A stretch of DNA of 58,069 nt, counting the filler, from Sphacelaria rigidula (lineage: Eukaryota), in the NCBI GenBank assembly GCA_964200075.2. It is 6 parts of 6 records of this genome, joined end to end, with 100 filler letters (N's around TTAATTAATTAA, not from the genome) between each part and the next. Parts side by side here need not be neighbours in the genome. Positions count along the whole stretch, not along the records: positions 29,087 to 38,681 come from CAXNAA020008132.1; positions 38,782 to 48,375 come from CAXNAA020008133.1; positions 48,476 to 58,069 come from CAXNAA020008134.1; 3 more parts are not named here. The stretch is one strand, 5' to 3'. Both the position numbers and the translations under genes were made by a program. This document shows positions 36,820 to 48,691 of this stretch, piece after piece. Every line of letters starts with the position of its first letter. The first letter of the stretch is position 1. The notes below the pieces were generated by a model, which was given only the letters and a program-made list of their open reading frames with translations, searched no databases and was not told the origin of the DNA.

Positions 36820-38681
36820 GTGCTTCTGTATCTACAGTGTAGAAAAAAATGCATGAGAGTTACATACAGATACCTTTGCTGATTCCAACTTTGCGGATAC
36901 TTTTCGTACTTCGCCCATATTCGATTCTTGGTGGTCGTTGACTGTTGATGTTGAAATAGGGTGTGTGACATGATACTGATGCACAACAGTAGTACTGATT
37001 GATTGAACAGCAACTTTTCAACTTTTCTATTTTCCCGATGATGATGATGCCCATCTTATGTTCTCGAGTACGTTCCACGTGGCAACGCGGCAGCTCGCCC
37101 TTCACCCCCTGCGTAAACAGCAGTTATATGAGTATCGACGCGCTGTTGCGTTGCGTGCACTCTGGAGTGTGTCGCATGTAGTTGGTGACGCTATCTATCC
37201 CTTGCCTGTTTCTTTTAGGTGTTACGGCCAATGGTCTATGTGACGAAACGGGACCGCTCGCAGTGATCAAGCTGTCTGTTGTTCTTCAATCGGCATAATT
37301 CCGACCGGAAAAGACGGCGTGTCTTGGACAGAAGGACGCATATGTGGCGGTGCTCCAAGGGTTAACGAGCAGTTGCAAGGCGAACTAAGAAAGCCTGCCC
37401 CGCAAAACCAACTTGCCTGGAAGCCACAAGCAGCGAAAAGAATATCCTGCGAGCAGTAAGGGCCTGGCAACGACAATTATTGTGAACCAATACACCCATA
37501 ACGGTCGCTGCTGCTACTGTTGCTGTACACCCAACACCAGCCCAGCAGCAGTAACAGACGGTCAGGTCATGAAAAAAAGAGCAAAGTCTTTCACTCAGAC
37601 CATCTTTTACAGTTTATGGCAGTCACCAGTCGTCAGTCACCAATGTGGGTCCCAGTTATGCGAACCCAACATGCCCTATGGTTCTACCCAGAACCAGACA
37701 CGGGTCCTGTCCATAGGAAACTTCCAGCCATGAGGAAGGTTCCTCGGGTGTCGGCTGTACCGCTATAAGAGACTTGTCGAACTGTTCGTGCACCTTGGGA
37801 GCCAAAGAGTTGTGTGTACGCCCATTCTCGATTTTTTTCACATCGGGGGGAAAGCATCGGGAAGGATATGTGCCCCGATTTGGACCAAATCGGGGGAGAA
37901 AAAATCAGGGGAAATCATTCCGAGATCGTGACCCCCTCCGATTTTTCCGACATGACGTACGTGCATCGACGTACAGTGGTCGGGTAAGAGTCCTTTGATA
38001 TTTTTGCAACGGCAGCTGAAGAAAATCTCGTGACAGCGTAGGTCCAGGGCTGCTGATCTGTGCAGTGTTGCACCGGGGGTTAGTGTGACGTTCTCGACCC
38101 CTCCCCCCCCCCCCCCCCCCCCCCCCCACCACCCCCCCACACAACCAAAACACCAAACACAAGCAAAGCAAAANNNNNNNNNNGCGTGCCGATCTGTGCA
38201 GGGTGCCGCCGGGGGTTATCGGGTCGGTCTCGCCCCCCCCCCCCCCCCACCCCGAAAAATCAAGACACGACGGAGTCACATAAGTGTATATAGAGGGTGA
38301 GATCACGACGTTAGATAGTGGTACACATCTGTAGCATGTATTTGAAGCTACGTTCTAATCAAAGTCTGGCCCAATTCCACCCAGTACAGCCCACAAACCA
38401 TCGATGGATAGCCCTAGAAAAGTTACTATTTGTACCAAGGGTCGGTCAAAAACATATTTCGGGACACGTAGGCCTCAAGATCTGAAATTCGAGTTTTTTA
38501 GGGGGGCGGGACACTCAGCCTTCTGTCCCCTAGTTTATTGCCGAGGCGTTGGCGGATGCGATAAGCTGCCGTGTACAGAGGTCCTTGGTATGGAGACCGC
38601 TGAGTTGACGGATACACCGCCCCTCCAAGCTCTTCACCTACCAACAGCCTGGATTCGTTATTGAGGTTCAACATTTTAATG

Positions 38682-38781
38682 NNNNNNNNNNNNNNNNNNN
38701 NNNNNNNNNNNNNNNNNNNNNNNNNTTAATTAATTAANNNNNNNNNNNNNNNNNNNNNNNNNNNNNNNNNNNNNNNNNNNN
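38682..38781. other. Artificial contig linker
   Basis: Identical 100-bp structure. Confidence 0.97.
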
Positions 38782-39208
38782 AAGATTTTAATCCTCCGGG
38801 TTCTCATCCTCAATCAAAAGCACCATCCTCAACATAGATGATTGGCTGTTAGAAGGATTGAAGGCCTCCGGAGGCTTGTTTCCCCACCTGGAGGGCCGCG
38901 CATTCCCCCCGGAGGCATTTCGGGGTTAGTCAAATAGCCGCGTGTGTATCTACAAACAGATATGCGTTTTGACGCTTCTTAGTCATGATATATGGTGTCC
39001 ATGACGGTGTCGCGGGTGTCAGAGTCCTTGAGATTCTATTTGTACACCGACCCCCATGTATAACAGCTTGAGACACGTCATTGATGTACTCTATTTACAT
39101 ATTGTTAATTCAGAGTGTACGATGGATGCCGGTTAGGTTTAGTACTGAATCCGACCAAATAGGTGGAAGCACTCCCTTTTATCAACCAATTCCCCTCGTT
39201 CCGCTATC

Positions 39209-39661
39209 AACACGGGATTTTACAATATAAATGGCGATGTTCTCTTTGAATTGAGGATGAGAACCCGGAGAATAAAAATATTCGTATCCACACCACTAAA
39301 ATTTTGAAACATAGTTCCACGCTTTCACCTACTGGTAGCTATTGACAACTACTACAAGCCATACAAATTTGCATCCTGATAACTGACATGTTGGGGTCCT
39401 AGGTGAAAAACCAAATTCAGGAAATTTAGATGATGATCTGCAGATTGCCGAAATCCCCCAAAATTGGTTTTTCATCTAGGACCCCAAAACTTCGATTATC
39501 GAAATTCAAATTTGTACGGCGTGTAGTAATTATCAATAGCTACCTGCAAGTGAAGAAATGAAACCATATTTCGAAGATTTAATGTGGACACGAATATTTT
39601 AGTTCTCCGGGTTTCTCATCCTCAATTGAAAATCCATCCCCAATTTGTAAAATCCCGTGTT
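39209..39661. mobile_element. Foldback element (~210-bp arms)
   Basis: aacacgggattttacaa..attgaggatgagaacccggag..gtagctattga..ggggtcctag mirrored on the right; partial arm copy at ~38793. Confidence 0.8.
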
Positions 39662-39951
39662 TATGCACAAATAGAGACGAAACGCTTTCGGTGCTTCTTG
39701 TCCAGGGGGTACGACCACACCTGTTCATGGTTTGGTCCTACATCCATCAGCATCTTCGAAACCTCGAAAAAGCTTCGGTCGTTTGGAGATCGGATCTCTA
39801 CTGGGTCGAAGTAGGCTGAGAGAGCCACAGTGAAATGACAACCGAACAGCAACGTAATTTCCGACAAGACTGCTCTCGTGATGAAGAAAAATCAGCCACT
39901 AAGCCCCGTAGGATATCATATACAATGCAAAATTTTCTCGCCCAAGATTGA

Positions 39952-40246
39952 ATGCATGCGTTCGCGTTTCGACCCATGTACAGTAGGCTGAGTGGTGATG
40001 GCAAACTGCAACCCCGGCACGCCAACAACATTCGTCATCATCTCGTCGTCCCGGAGATTCTAGCTCAGCACCAAGTCACGTCTCACCAACGCCATCAACA
40101 AGCAGATCATCCACTATCCTTATCCGGTAAAGAGACGCCAGCGTTACCACCATGCCCACTGCAGTTGTCACGGAGGGAACATGATGCGCCAATAGTAAGA
40201 AGAAGCAATGCAAGGTGCCGGTCCGTCATCGACGGTGAAAAGTCAG
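39952..40246 (+). CDS. Uncharacterised multi-exon gene, possible first exon
   Basis: ATG-initiated open frame ending at G|GTTAGT, phase 1, matching the next exon. Confidence 0.4.
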
Positions 40247-40457
40247 GTTAGTCATCTCGACGAAACAGAGGCGGCGGATGGGGATACTTATAACCTTTAT
40301 TGTCACTGCGAAGCTCGTGGAGATCCGCGCTTCAGGACATCTCTTACGGTAAGATCGAACCAGAAGGCATTACGTTGACACAAGCGACCTAAAATGGATT
40401 GCTTTGCGATCGGAAGTGAAGGTCAAGTCCAAAACCTCCCCGGAGAATGATAAAAAG

Positions 40458-40500
<43 letters not shown>

Positions 40501-40870
40501 CACTCCTATCCCTTCCTTCCCACCTTGTCCTGTTTCNNNNNNNNNNGAACAAAGCCCCATAAAAAGGGGTGGTTTGCGAGAGGAAGGGAAGGGCAAGTCC
40601 CAAACCCCCCCGGGGAAAAAAAAAAAAACCCCCCCCCCCCCCCCCCACCCGTCTTTCAGACTACTGTCGGCCCCCATTTTTTCCCGTCCATACTATTATA
40701 TTTCGCTCTATCGTTAGACAGCCCTTGGTAGACGCTTACTCGAGAATGATGGTGTTTACGCACCACCACCAGAAGATGTGCTTGCGCGATTCCCTGTAAT
40801 ACTTACAAGAATAAAAATATTTGACTTCGCCCCCCCCCCCTCCCCCCATCTCTGTCACTGAGCGAATCAG

Positions 40871-41091
40871 GTCGCTGGAGATCACGGCGACGGGTGCCAC
40901 GTCCGCCGGCTCGGCGAGTGATCGAAAACGAGCACTTGACGCCGCACCCCGCGGCGTTTTCCGATATGCGGTATGACGAGCGATCATCGCTGCACCGACC
41001 CGGGCTGAACTTCTTCGAGTACATCACTCGTCGAGCTCAGATTCAGGTGGCCAGCACGCTGGTATTCCTGGAGGCTGAGGCAGCGCGCAGG
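40871..41091 (+). CDS. Uncharacterised gene, exon
   Basis: cag acceptor; ..HRPGLNFFEYITRRAQIQVASTLVFLEAEAARR; GTGAGC donor. Confidence 0.55.
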
Positions 41092-41882
41092 GTGAGCTGC
41101 ACCGTGTATATGATACTCGTGCTGTCGGAATACTACCATAATACTCTGTGTCATGGTCATTACGTTCTTGTCTGCTGGTATTTCCGCTTCGTCGTGGTCC
41201 GCTTTGTTGGCGCGGAGCGTAGCTGTATGATGTTCAATAGGAATGGGAGACTGAATTTGAGCGTTACAGATGTCACGGACTACCACGAGCGAGTCGTACC
41301 GTTGGAACTGGAATAGCTGTGAAGAAACGTGGAGCCATGTACGGTGTAGTCGTCGCTAGTAAAATGAACTACCAATAGCGGAGGGCAACGATGAATTGAT
41401 TAAAATAGTGGCTGATCGAATGATTGTCGCACATTGACCGCTTCCTTACAAACTTACTCGTGGTCACAAGAGTTTGACTACACTCGTGATAAAATCTAAC
41501 AGCGTGGGGCCATGCGAGAAGCATTCAGGTGACAGACTTTCCTTTCGCACGATGATCCAAAACCGATCACGGAACGGGAGCATGTTCAGAGTCTGGAACA
41601 ACGAAAACTGCGAATAACGAACGAGACTTTTGCCACCCAGGAAGGAGTTGGACAGTGAAAAGCAGTAGACGAAGAGTTACTGTAGTAGTGCCGAGTGAGA
41701 AACCCCGGAGCAACAACGCCCGCTTCAATTTTCTTTCCTTAGTCAGATCTGGTTGATCGACACCTACAGGAAAGGCCACGAGTAACCTTTGTATCTCGGT
41801 ACGCTGATCGTAGCCGCACGGCACGGTACCGGTTGCCTCTCTCGTCATGATCTGTGCGCATCCACACACTCCTACAACATAG

Positions 41883-42051
41883 CTCGGGGGTGAGGTGTTA
41901 TGGATTCGCTCGGATAGCGCCGGGAAAATACAGCGGCGAGTGTTCTCCACGCCAACACTCTTTGCCACCAGCTCGAAGCGTCTTCGCAGAATCGCACTGA
42001 CGCTTAGTGGCCGAGACGTCTGCGGGAGGAGCGACGCGCCGGCGAGCGCAG
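41883..42051 (+). CDS. Uncharacterised gene, exon (alternative in-phase end at 42135)
   Basis: tag acceptor; LGGEVLWIRSDSAGKIQRRVF..; phase 0/1. Confidence 0.5.
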
Positions 42052-42744
42052 GTGGTGGGGCCGGCGCTTGCAGCAGGTGGTCGACGACTACGGGGACGGG
42101 GGGGCGGGGGTGTAGCCGACAACGACAAGGGGCAGGTGGACTCTCGTGCGTGCTGCATATGAGCACAATCACATTGTTCCGTTGACTGGAAGCGTCTATA
42201 TGATGAGAAAACTGAGGGAACTTTGCGCGGATGTTACCAATCAAAACAACGAACCCACGCTATTCACCCAAACCGATGTCTGATACGGTGAGAATTCGAG
42301 GCGATTTTGCGAGTTATTTCTCTCTGAGTTCATCATCATCACTGTATCAGTATTTGTTTCATATGGGAGCCGCGACATGAATTCACCTTGTACTGGTGAT
42401 GATTGCTCACACCCGCATACCGTGCGCTTCTTCGGATGTGCCACATGTCCGTTTTATTCTGTCCATTACCCACACTGAAAACTCTTGAGGATCTTCGCAC
42501 CTATACTGCCATCTAAACGCAAAGCTCTATCGTCACTTCAACAACAAGACGTTCCGATGATCCTGCGCTCGCGCAAGGCAGGCTCTAGAGTGCATCACAC
42601 GGGTAGATTGATGAGATATTGATTTAATGTGGCCGGCATTCCATGCCCTTGGACGTTGGGGACCGAACATCTCCGTAACGACCGCAGAATCATTATTTTC
42701 TACTCCTTTTAGTGTGTGTGGATTGTGTGTCTCCTCTCCAACAG

Positions 42745-42963
42745 GAACCGCCCCCGTGAGAGGAGGACGGCGGGAGCGAGCAGAGGAACAACCTGTAGCT
42801 CTACTCAAGTTCCCCAGCGTCAATTGTAGTCGCGACCCCGGTGGACAACATGGTGATGGTGACGGCGGGGGAAGGTCTGATATCGTCGTCCTGCACAACA
42901 TCGATGAGATCGAGGAGCTCCTGCTACAGGAAGGCCAATCTAAGCTTGAGACAGCTCACACAG
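42745..42963 (+). CDS. Uncharacterised gene, exon
   Basis: ctcctctccaacag acceptor; PVALLKFP..DIVVLHNIDEIEELLL; phase 1/1. Confidence 0.62.
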
Positions 42964-43165
42964 GTGATCATCAGCGGTAGTACTATTGTGTAATATCTTG
43001 CGAGCTACAACGCTCATGTAATATCGAGTATGTCCAGTAGGGACTACCTGCTGGTTTCGGTTAGTTGGCGTGGAGCTATTGTCTTTCTCCATCATATGTT
43101 GATTCAAATGATGGTGCTCGTCCTCTAGTTTGTTATTCGTTCATTGGCTTGAAAGAGTACACGCA

Positions 43166-43168
<3 letters not shown>

Positions 43169-43219
<51 letters not shown>

Positions 43220-43228
43220 CACACACAC
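43169..43228. repeat. (AC)n microsatellite
   Basis: Seen directly. Confidence 0.95.
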
Positions 43229-43254
43229 GAGCGCACGCGCGCGTATGACGACAG

Positions 43255-43495
43255 GGGATATCTGCGACGTGACGGATAATAATCCACCTGGCGAAGGAAG
43301 TGTTGCGGCAGATCTCACTACCACGAAGATCAGCCGTGATGCAGGGGAATATTCAGAACAGCAAGGTGGAATGCCGAAGCCGAGCGCAAAGCTGCTGGAG
43401 TCTAGTCTCAGGGAAATAGGAGGAGGCTCGGCGTGTGGGAGGGCTAGGCCCTGGGCTATTCAGGCATTCGTCAAGCCGAAGGGGCCATTGGCATG
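43255..43495 (+). CDS. Uncharacterised gene, exon
   Basis: Ends PWAIQAFVKPKGPLA-TG|GTATGA; phase 1/2. Confidence 0.68.
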
Positions 43496-44225
43496 GTATG
43501 ATGACGGTGACGCATACGTAAACGCAGGAATTGAACTGCCCTGAAAAAGAATAGACGAGATAAATACCCTCAACTCCAAAGGTGTGTGATAGAGCCATGC
43601 AGACATTGTCTATCGGAGTACGATGACAGCACACCCCATGGGCTGTGCGATGAATTCAAAACCATTCACCGGTGAGGCTGACGGTTGGGTTTCTCGACTC
43701 ACAACGATTCCTTCCGAACTTCGAAGAGTTTACTCGATGCAGAACTGCGCACCGGAGCGACGAAAGTGCCCGGTAAAAGGTGGCTCATCGTAGTTCTAGT
43801 TTTGACGAGCGAGCTGGACCGCTGCACTCACCGCGAGAGAGTGCAGAGCAGGCGCCAAGGCATTTCGCTTTCAGTCTTCGGAACCTCATATTTTCAGTTG
43901 CTGTGAACGAATGGGATGAAAATTACAGTGGGGGTTACACAGAGTCAACGGATGGCTCACGTACTCAGTGCTTATGTTGTCTTATGCCTCCGTCAAAAGC
44001 ACCCGCAATTTTAGTGTCTTGAGCAATCGCAACATTCTCGGAAAAGACACGTAGTAACTTGCTACTTTTTTCTCGTGATTTGGACGGCGAACGAGGAGTG
44101 CGCATTATACGGAAGATGGTAAGTCGTACGAGTGACTCATGTGAGTGTCTTTCTATGAATGAATCGATAAGCGCACGGTCAAGGCAGTGGCGCGTTCTTG
44201 ACTATACGGTATGATGTAACCACAG

Positions 44226-44359
44226 GATGGTGAGAGCTGTGTGGCGAAAAGGCCGGGATCCCTACTGCTGGATAATCAGTGATTCCGACCCTTTCGTGAC
44301 AAGCAGCAACTCTTCGTGGCACGACGGAGGAAACAACGGAATCGGCACGTTCAGCGCAG
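44226..44359 (+). CDS. Uncharacterised gene, exon
   Basis: Completes the TGG codon, then MVRAVWRKGRDPYCWIISDS; phase 2/1. Confidence 0.68.
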
Positions 44360-45172
44360 GTGAAATGGATTATCGAACATGTTTTGTAATGTTCTGTCAG
44401 CAGAAGGAAGAGTCCAGCTAGCGGAATAGGGAAGCGCATGGAACCGTCCTGTGCGATCGTCGATCGTTGGGGCTCTATCGCACTCATAGATTGTGTGACG
44501 AGAGCAAGCGATAGTGAAGCTGGTACTCCAACGGGCGGTTTGGGCGAACTTCGTCCGTCGGCGTTCCGACAGGTATGACAAGGATGATCTTTACATTTGC
44601 GAATCTAGTTTCCGTCATTGAAACGTGGGAGTGGGGAAAACGGTAAACACCGACGGGTTGAAGGAGTGCAGATCAAGTGTTCACAAATAAATGGTCACGC
44701 ATGTACTGGAGGGGGGATGGACTGATTCCTCGAGGCTGCGCACTCATCATTCTGACGATGGAGCGGTGATTAACATGAATCCTCTTCGCCTCATGATGGG
44801 GTTCTACGGGAGTTGTTTCTTTGTAAGGTGTAGTGCAACTTGTGTTCACATTTACCGCAGAACCTCCCACAACAGCGAGAGCACAGCAACCGTACTTCGA
44901 TAGCACACCGTTCTAGGCTCGTTGAACTAACCGCACAATGTCGATCCGCCCTGTGATATATACATTATATATATATATATATCGCGTTTTCCCTCCCTAT
45001 ATATCTGTATAGCATGTCTTTGATTCTACTCCACCGCACTCCCGACAACAATGACGGCGGAAAAAATGCAAAACTAACACCGGAACCATCGTCCCCTCCG
45101 TTACCGCCACCGTCAACACTCCGCCACGACCGCCACAACAATCGCTACCACCAATAACATCACCATCACCAG

Positions 45173-45321
45173 TACGAAGCGCCGGGGGAACCGGGTGGAC
45201 GGCTCCCAAGGCAACCATATCGGAACTGGCAAAGACCCTAGAGTCGTCCTTGCACGTCCGTTTTGACGAGCTTGTTGCCGATCTCATTGAAGATCGGGCC
45301 GGCACGTGGTGGCTAACGCAG
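45173..45321 (+). CDS. Uncharacterised gene, exon with ATP-grasp-like motif
   Basis: LESSLHVRFDELVADLIEDRAGTWWLTQ|GTGAGG; phase 1/0. Confidence 0.7.
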
Positions 45322-45654
45322 GTGAGGAAGGTTCGGACTCGCATACTTGCACACAGGCACCGCAACGGTATGGATGATACGACTGGGGAGCCTTGCATCA
45401 TCGCCTAACTTTCATCTGGTATATAAATGTACACCCGGGATTAACATGTGGAATACCAGATACACCAGGGATATCCATCTGAGGTATAGATGTCCCAGAT
45501 GGATCTGATGTCCCAGATGACTATCTCAGATGGACGTCCATATGCTAGATGAGGATCACACGATAATGCAAGACCATGCACAACCGGCGCACTATCAAAC
45601 CCCAACCCTGATCTTGGCGTATAGTTTTGCCATGCTTTCAACCCCTTCACTTCC

Positions 45655-45870
45655 TCGAGATGAGTCCGTAGTCCCCACGTAGTCTCCAGGTATTATCTGA
45701 ACTCTTCCCTGATACCCGCCTAACATTTTGGTGTCTCGGGTTGGATCGGCAGCCCCTCGCCGCGTCGACTCTCATCGAATTTTCTTCGCCACTCGCGCCC
45801 TCATGCTTCCAACGACAGAATTCACTTGTCACTCAAATGGATCATCGGTTGAGATTTCGAACCCGCACAG
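45655..45870 (-). mobile_element. SINE-like interspersed repeat
   Basis: B-box-like GGGTTCGAAAT on the minus strand at ~45853-45864; body homologous to ~14262-14402. Confidence 0.45.
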
Positions 45871-46026
45871 TTCCATTCAACTGGCTGTTGGCGTGTTAAG
45901 TAAACCACCAGAGCGCTGCCGCTGTATATGTGCGGTGCCGTGTCGTGTCCACCAAACTCAGCCCCCTCTTCCGCTCCTCCCTCCCACTCACCGTTTACCA
46001 TAATGTTCTGCACGTAAATCTCATAG

Positions 46027-46339
46027 GTAAAAGCCTTCCGGTTGCTCCCGTCCTCTGGTGCCCCCCTTCCCCGCATTGTGCCTGACCATCGACCGATGCC
46101 CATCGCGGTGGGCAAGAGGGCAGCACTTTACGCGAACGAGGGGGGCAGCGCTTGCGACAGCAACGAGTGCGACGACGCGGACGTGAGTACAACACGAAAT
46201 TCACTTAATGCTATACCAGGAACACGGTCCAGGGAAGGAGCAGAAATCATACAAGTGGCGTGTGTCGGCAGTAGCAGCAGCAACAAGAACAACAAAAACA
46301 ACGACGGCGACGGCGACAACGACAACGACAACAACAACG

Positions 46340-46426
<87 letters not shown>

Positions 46427-46797
46427 ACAGCAGCAGCAGCAGCAGCAACAACAACAACAGATGCCCTAGTTTTGCAGGTGTCCCTGTCGACGACGCCAGA
46501 CTGCATACATCCCGTCAGGATCGAGGCGGTCGGCTGCCGTTGACAAAAGCGCAACACGATCATACTCGGGGTAAAAAAGTACTATCATGCCCAGGAAAGT
46601 ATTGTGATGCCCAAGGTGAAGAGGGGTTGTGGGATTCCGGGGAGGAGGACGGTGCATCTGTGCAGGGAGAGCGGCATAGTGATGCGGCTGATGTGGATGG
46701 ACAAGGGGGGAATGCAAACGCAGCGATGGCGGCGGCGGCGGGGGGGGGAGCTGAAGCAGGAGTAGTGGACGAACGTTCGTTCGAGCTTCCGCTGAAG
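46027..46797 (+). CDS. Uncharacterised gene, exon region (may contain an intron over the (AAC)n tract)
   Basis: tag|VKAFRLL continues WWLTQ; later KKVLSCPGKYCD and RSFELPLK|GTATTC; frame stays open across the (AAC)n tract. Confidence 0.6.
46272..46459. repeat. (AAC)n/(AGC)n/(GAC)n trinucleotide microsatellite
   Basis: Seen directly. Confidence 0.95.
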
Positions 46798-47123
46798 GTA
46801 TTCATTGGATGAATACTGATCAAGAAGATACCGCTGTAACGTTTAGAGGCACGGGTTGTGTGACTGTTTCCGACAAGAACAAGTTCACGGCAGAGTACGA
46901 GGCTGCTTTTTATCGATGATGCTTGCTCTCACTAGTTTGCCAACCTTCCAAGATGACTCGCCCATCCACCACCTGATACCCCCCCAAAGACTCAGCACTA
47001 CACCAAGCCATATGTATATTCCCTGATATCAGTGAAAGGATTGCTAGCAAGACATACGCGTACACTGGAAAACCCTGGAAACAAGCGCGCTCCCTTTCCA
47101 ATCGCTTGTACTACCATATGCAG

Positions 47124-47297
47124 GCCCTTGTTGTGAACAATGAGATCGCCGCGCTACGCGCGAGGGTCCAACTAACACATGAGGCACGGCACGGACGAAC
47201 TACGGGGCCAGCGGCGGCGGGTCGCGCATATCAGATGAGAGGGAAAGTTTGCGCAGTGGAGGCGAGAGCGCTTGAAAAGTTGTTGAAGAGAGACCGG
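47124..47297 (+). CDS. Uncharacterised gene, exon
   Basis: tgcag|ALVVNNEIAALRARV..ALEKLLKRDR|GTAGGA; 174 nt, phase 0/0. Confidence 0.6.
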
Positions 47298-47819
47298 GTA
47301 GGACGTCAGACGTCCACACAGACGAAACACGTTCGGAAATATATAGTCATGTCCAATTTTTAGTAGAAGAGAGTACACACCCTATATTATTAAGATGACG
47401 TGACGTAGACTCCGTGTCAACGATAATGAAACTGCTAGACAGTCGCCCGCAGGAATAAGAGTGTCAGCATCTACTTGCAGCAAATAGCGCACGTCGAGTT
47501 TATTGTCTTCGGACGACGACATACGCGGGCATGAACAGCGACAGAGACAATTCTTGGCATTGCAGGCTCGTATCCTGTTGGCTTGTGCTTCTTTGTTTGT
47601 CTTCGACACGTGTAGCATGGCATTCGTGCGTGCGTAAACGTGCCCCACTGCGCGCCAACGCACAAAGTGGACCTATGAAAACTATCCTAGGTCCCACATT
47701 TCATCATAATTTTTGGTTCGTGCCCTAGCTACGTAAGTAAGATCTCCGCTGTGCGGTGCCCTGCATACTGTTGTTCGACGCGAATGATCAGACGAAGCCA
47801 CCCGGTACTCCCCCACCCC

Positions 47820-47903
47820 CCGGTGCTCCGTCTCAAAAGGGATGCGTGATCAATGGTCACGCGACTAAGGCAGACAATAAATGAGTACGCCCCCCTCCCC
47901 TCC
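47820..47903 (+). mobile_element. LINE 3'-end copy with C-rich tail
   Basis: ggtgctccgtctcaaaagggatgcgtgatcaatggtca..aaatgagtacgccccctcccctcc is the reverse homolog of 246-336. Confidence 0.72.
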
Positions 47904-47943
47904 TAGAGATTGAAAAACGATTGGTCAATGTCACGCCACTCAG

Positions 47944-48033
47944 GTTCTTTTATATGATCGTGTCAAGCTTTGCCCGGTCTGCTACAAGAGGTACGGTTCT
48001 GACTGGAGGTGGTGGCTGAACGGCGGTGTCGAG
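47944..48033 (+). CDS. Uncharacterised gene, exon with CxxC
   Basis: ctcag|VLLYDRVKLCPVCYKRYGSDWRWWLNGGVE|GTGAGA; not in the ORF track. Confidence 0.62.
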
Positions 48034-48375
48034 GTGAGAACGCTCGCTGGAATCATTTTTTATAGCTAGAGTTATCACGTATAGATATTGCAATGAAATA
48101 GTACATTCAACTAGTGATCATGCTGTTTCTTTATGAAGTTGTCAGTCATCCTCAGCGACAACCGCAGATATTCCACGAATCACAGTCCTAGCTGTCTGCG
48201 TGTGAACCATTATGGGTACGTCTGAGGAGGAAATATTATTTGTGGGTATCGCACCCTAAAATGGAATAGACAACGGCGTGTTCTTGCAGATTTTCCATTG
48301 GCTGAGCGATGCTACGGTAGGGGTGCACTTTTTTCGCGAAATTTTGTCTGGTTCAGGGGCTCCTAACGATTCTAG

Positions 48376-48475
48376 NNNNNNNNNNNNNNNNNNNNNNNNN
48401 NNNNNNNNNNNNNNNNNNNTTAATTAATTAANNNNNNNNNNNNNNNNNNNNNNNNNNNNNNNNNNNNNNNNNNNN
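48376..48475. other. Artificial contig linker
   Basis: Identical 100-bp structure. Confidence 0.97.
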
Positions 48476-48590
48476 GGCGGCCCGACGCGTAGCAGACTGC
48501 AGCAACGATAATATGGACGAGTCATTCGCTGTTCCCACGTCACAACCCCCCCCCCCCCTCCCCCTCTCTCGACCCTGGTCCTCCGTCAAC

Positions 48591-48691
48591 ACCCGGCGTG
48601 CTCCTGTCAGGTTTTCTAGGGACGCGAAGTCAATGTGGTCTCATGAGTACGGCATGCAAAATCATGAGTACACCCCCCCTCCCCCTGCCCC
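48591..48691 (+). mobile_element. LINE 3'-end copy with C-rich tail
   Basis: Homolog of 34398-34512. Confidence 0.6.

Noticed and set aside
45013-45172. Longer exon with an in-frame TGA (selenocysteine or readthrough candidate)
   Set aside because: The downstream acceptor at 45172 gives the required phase 1 and avoids the stop.
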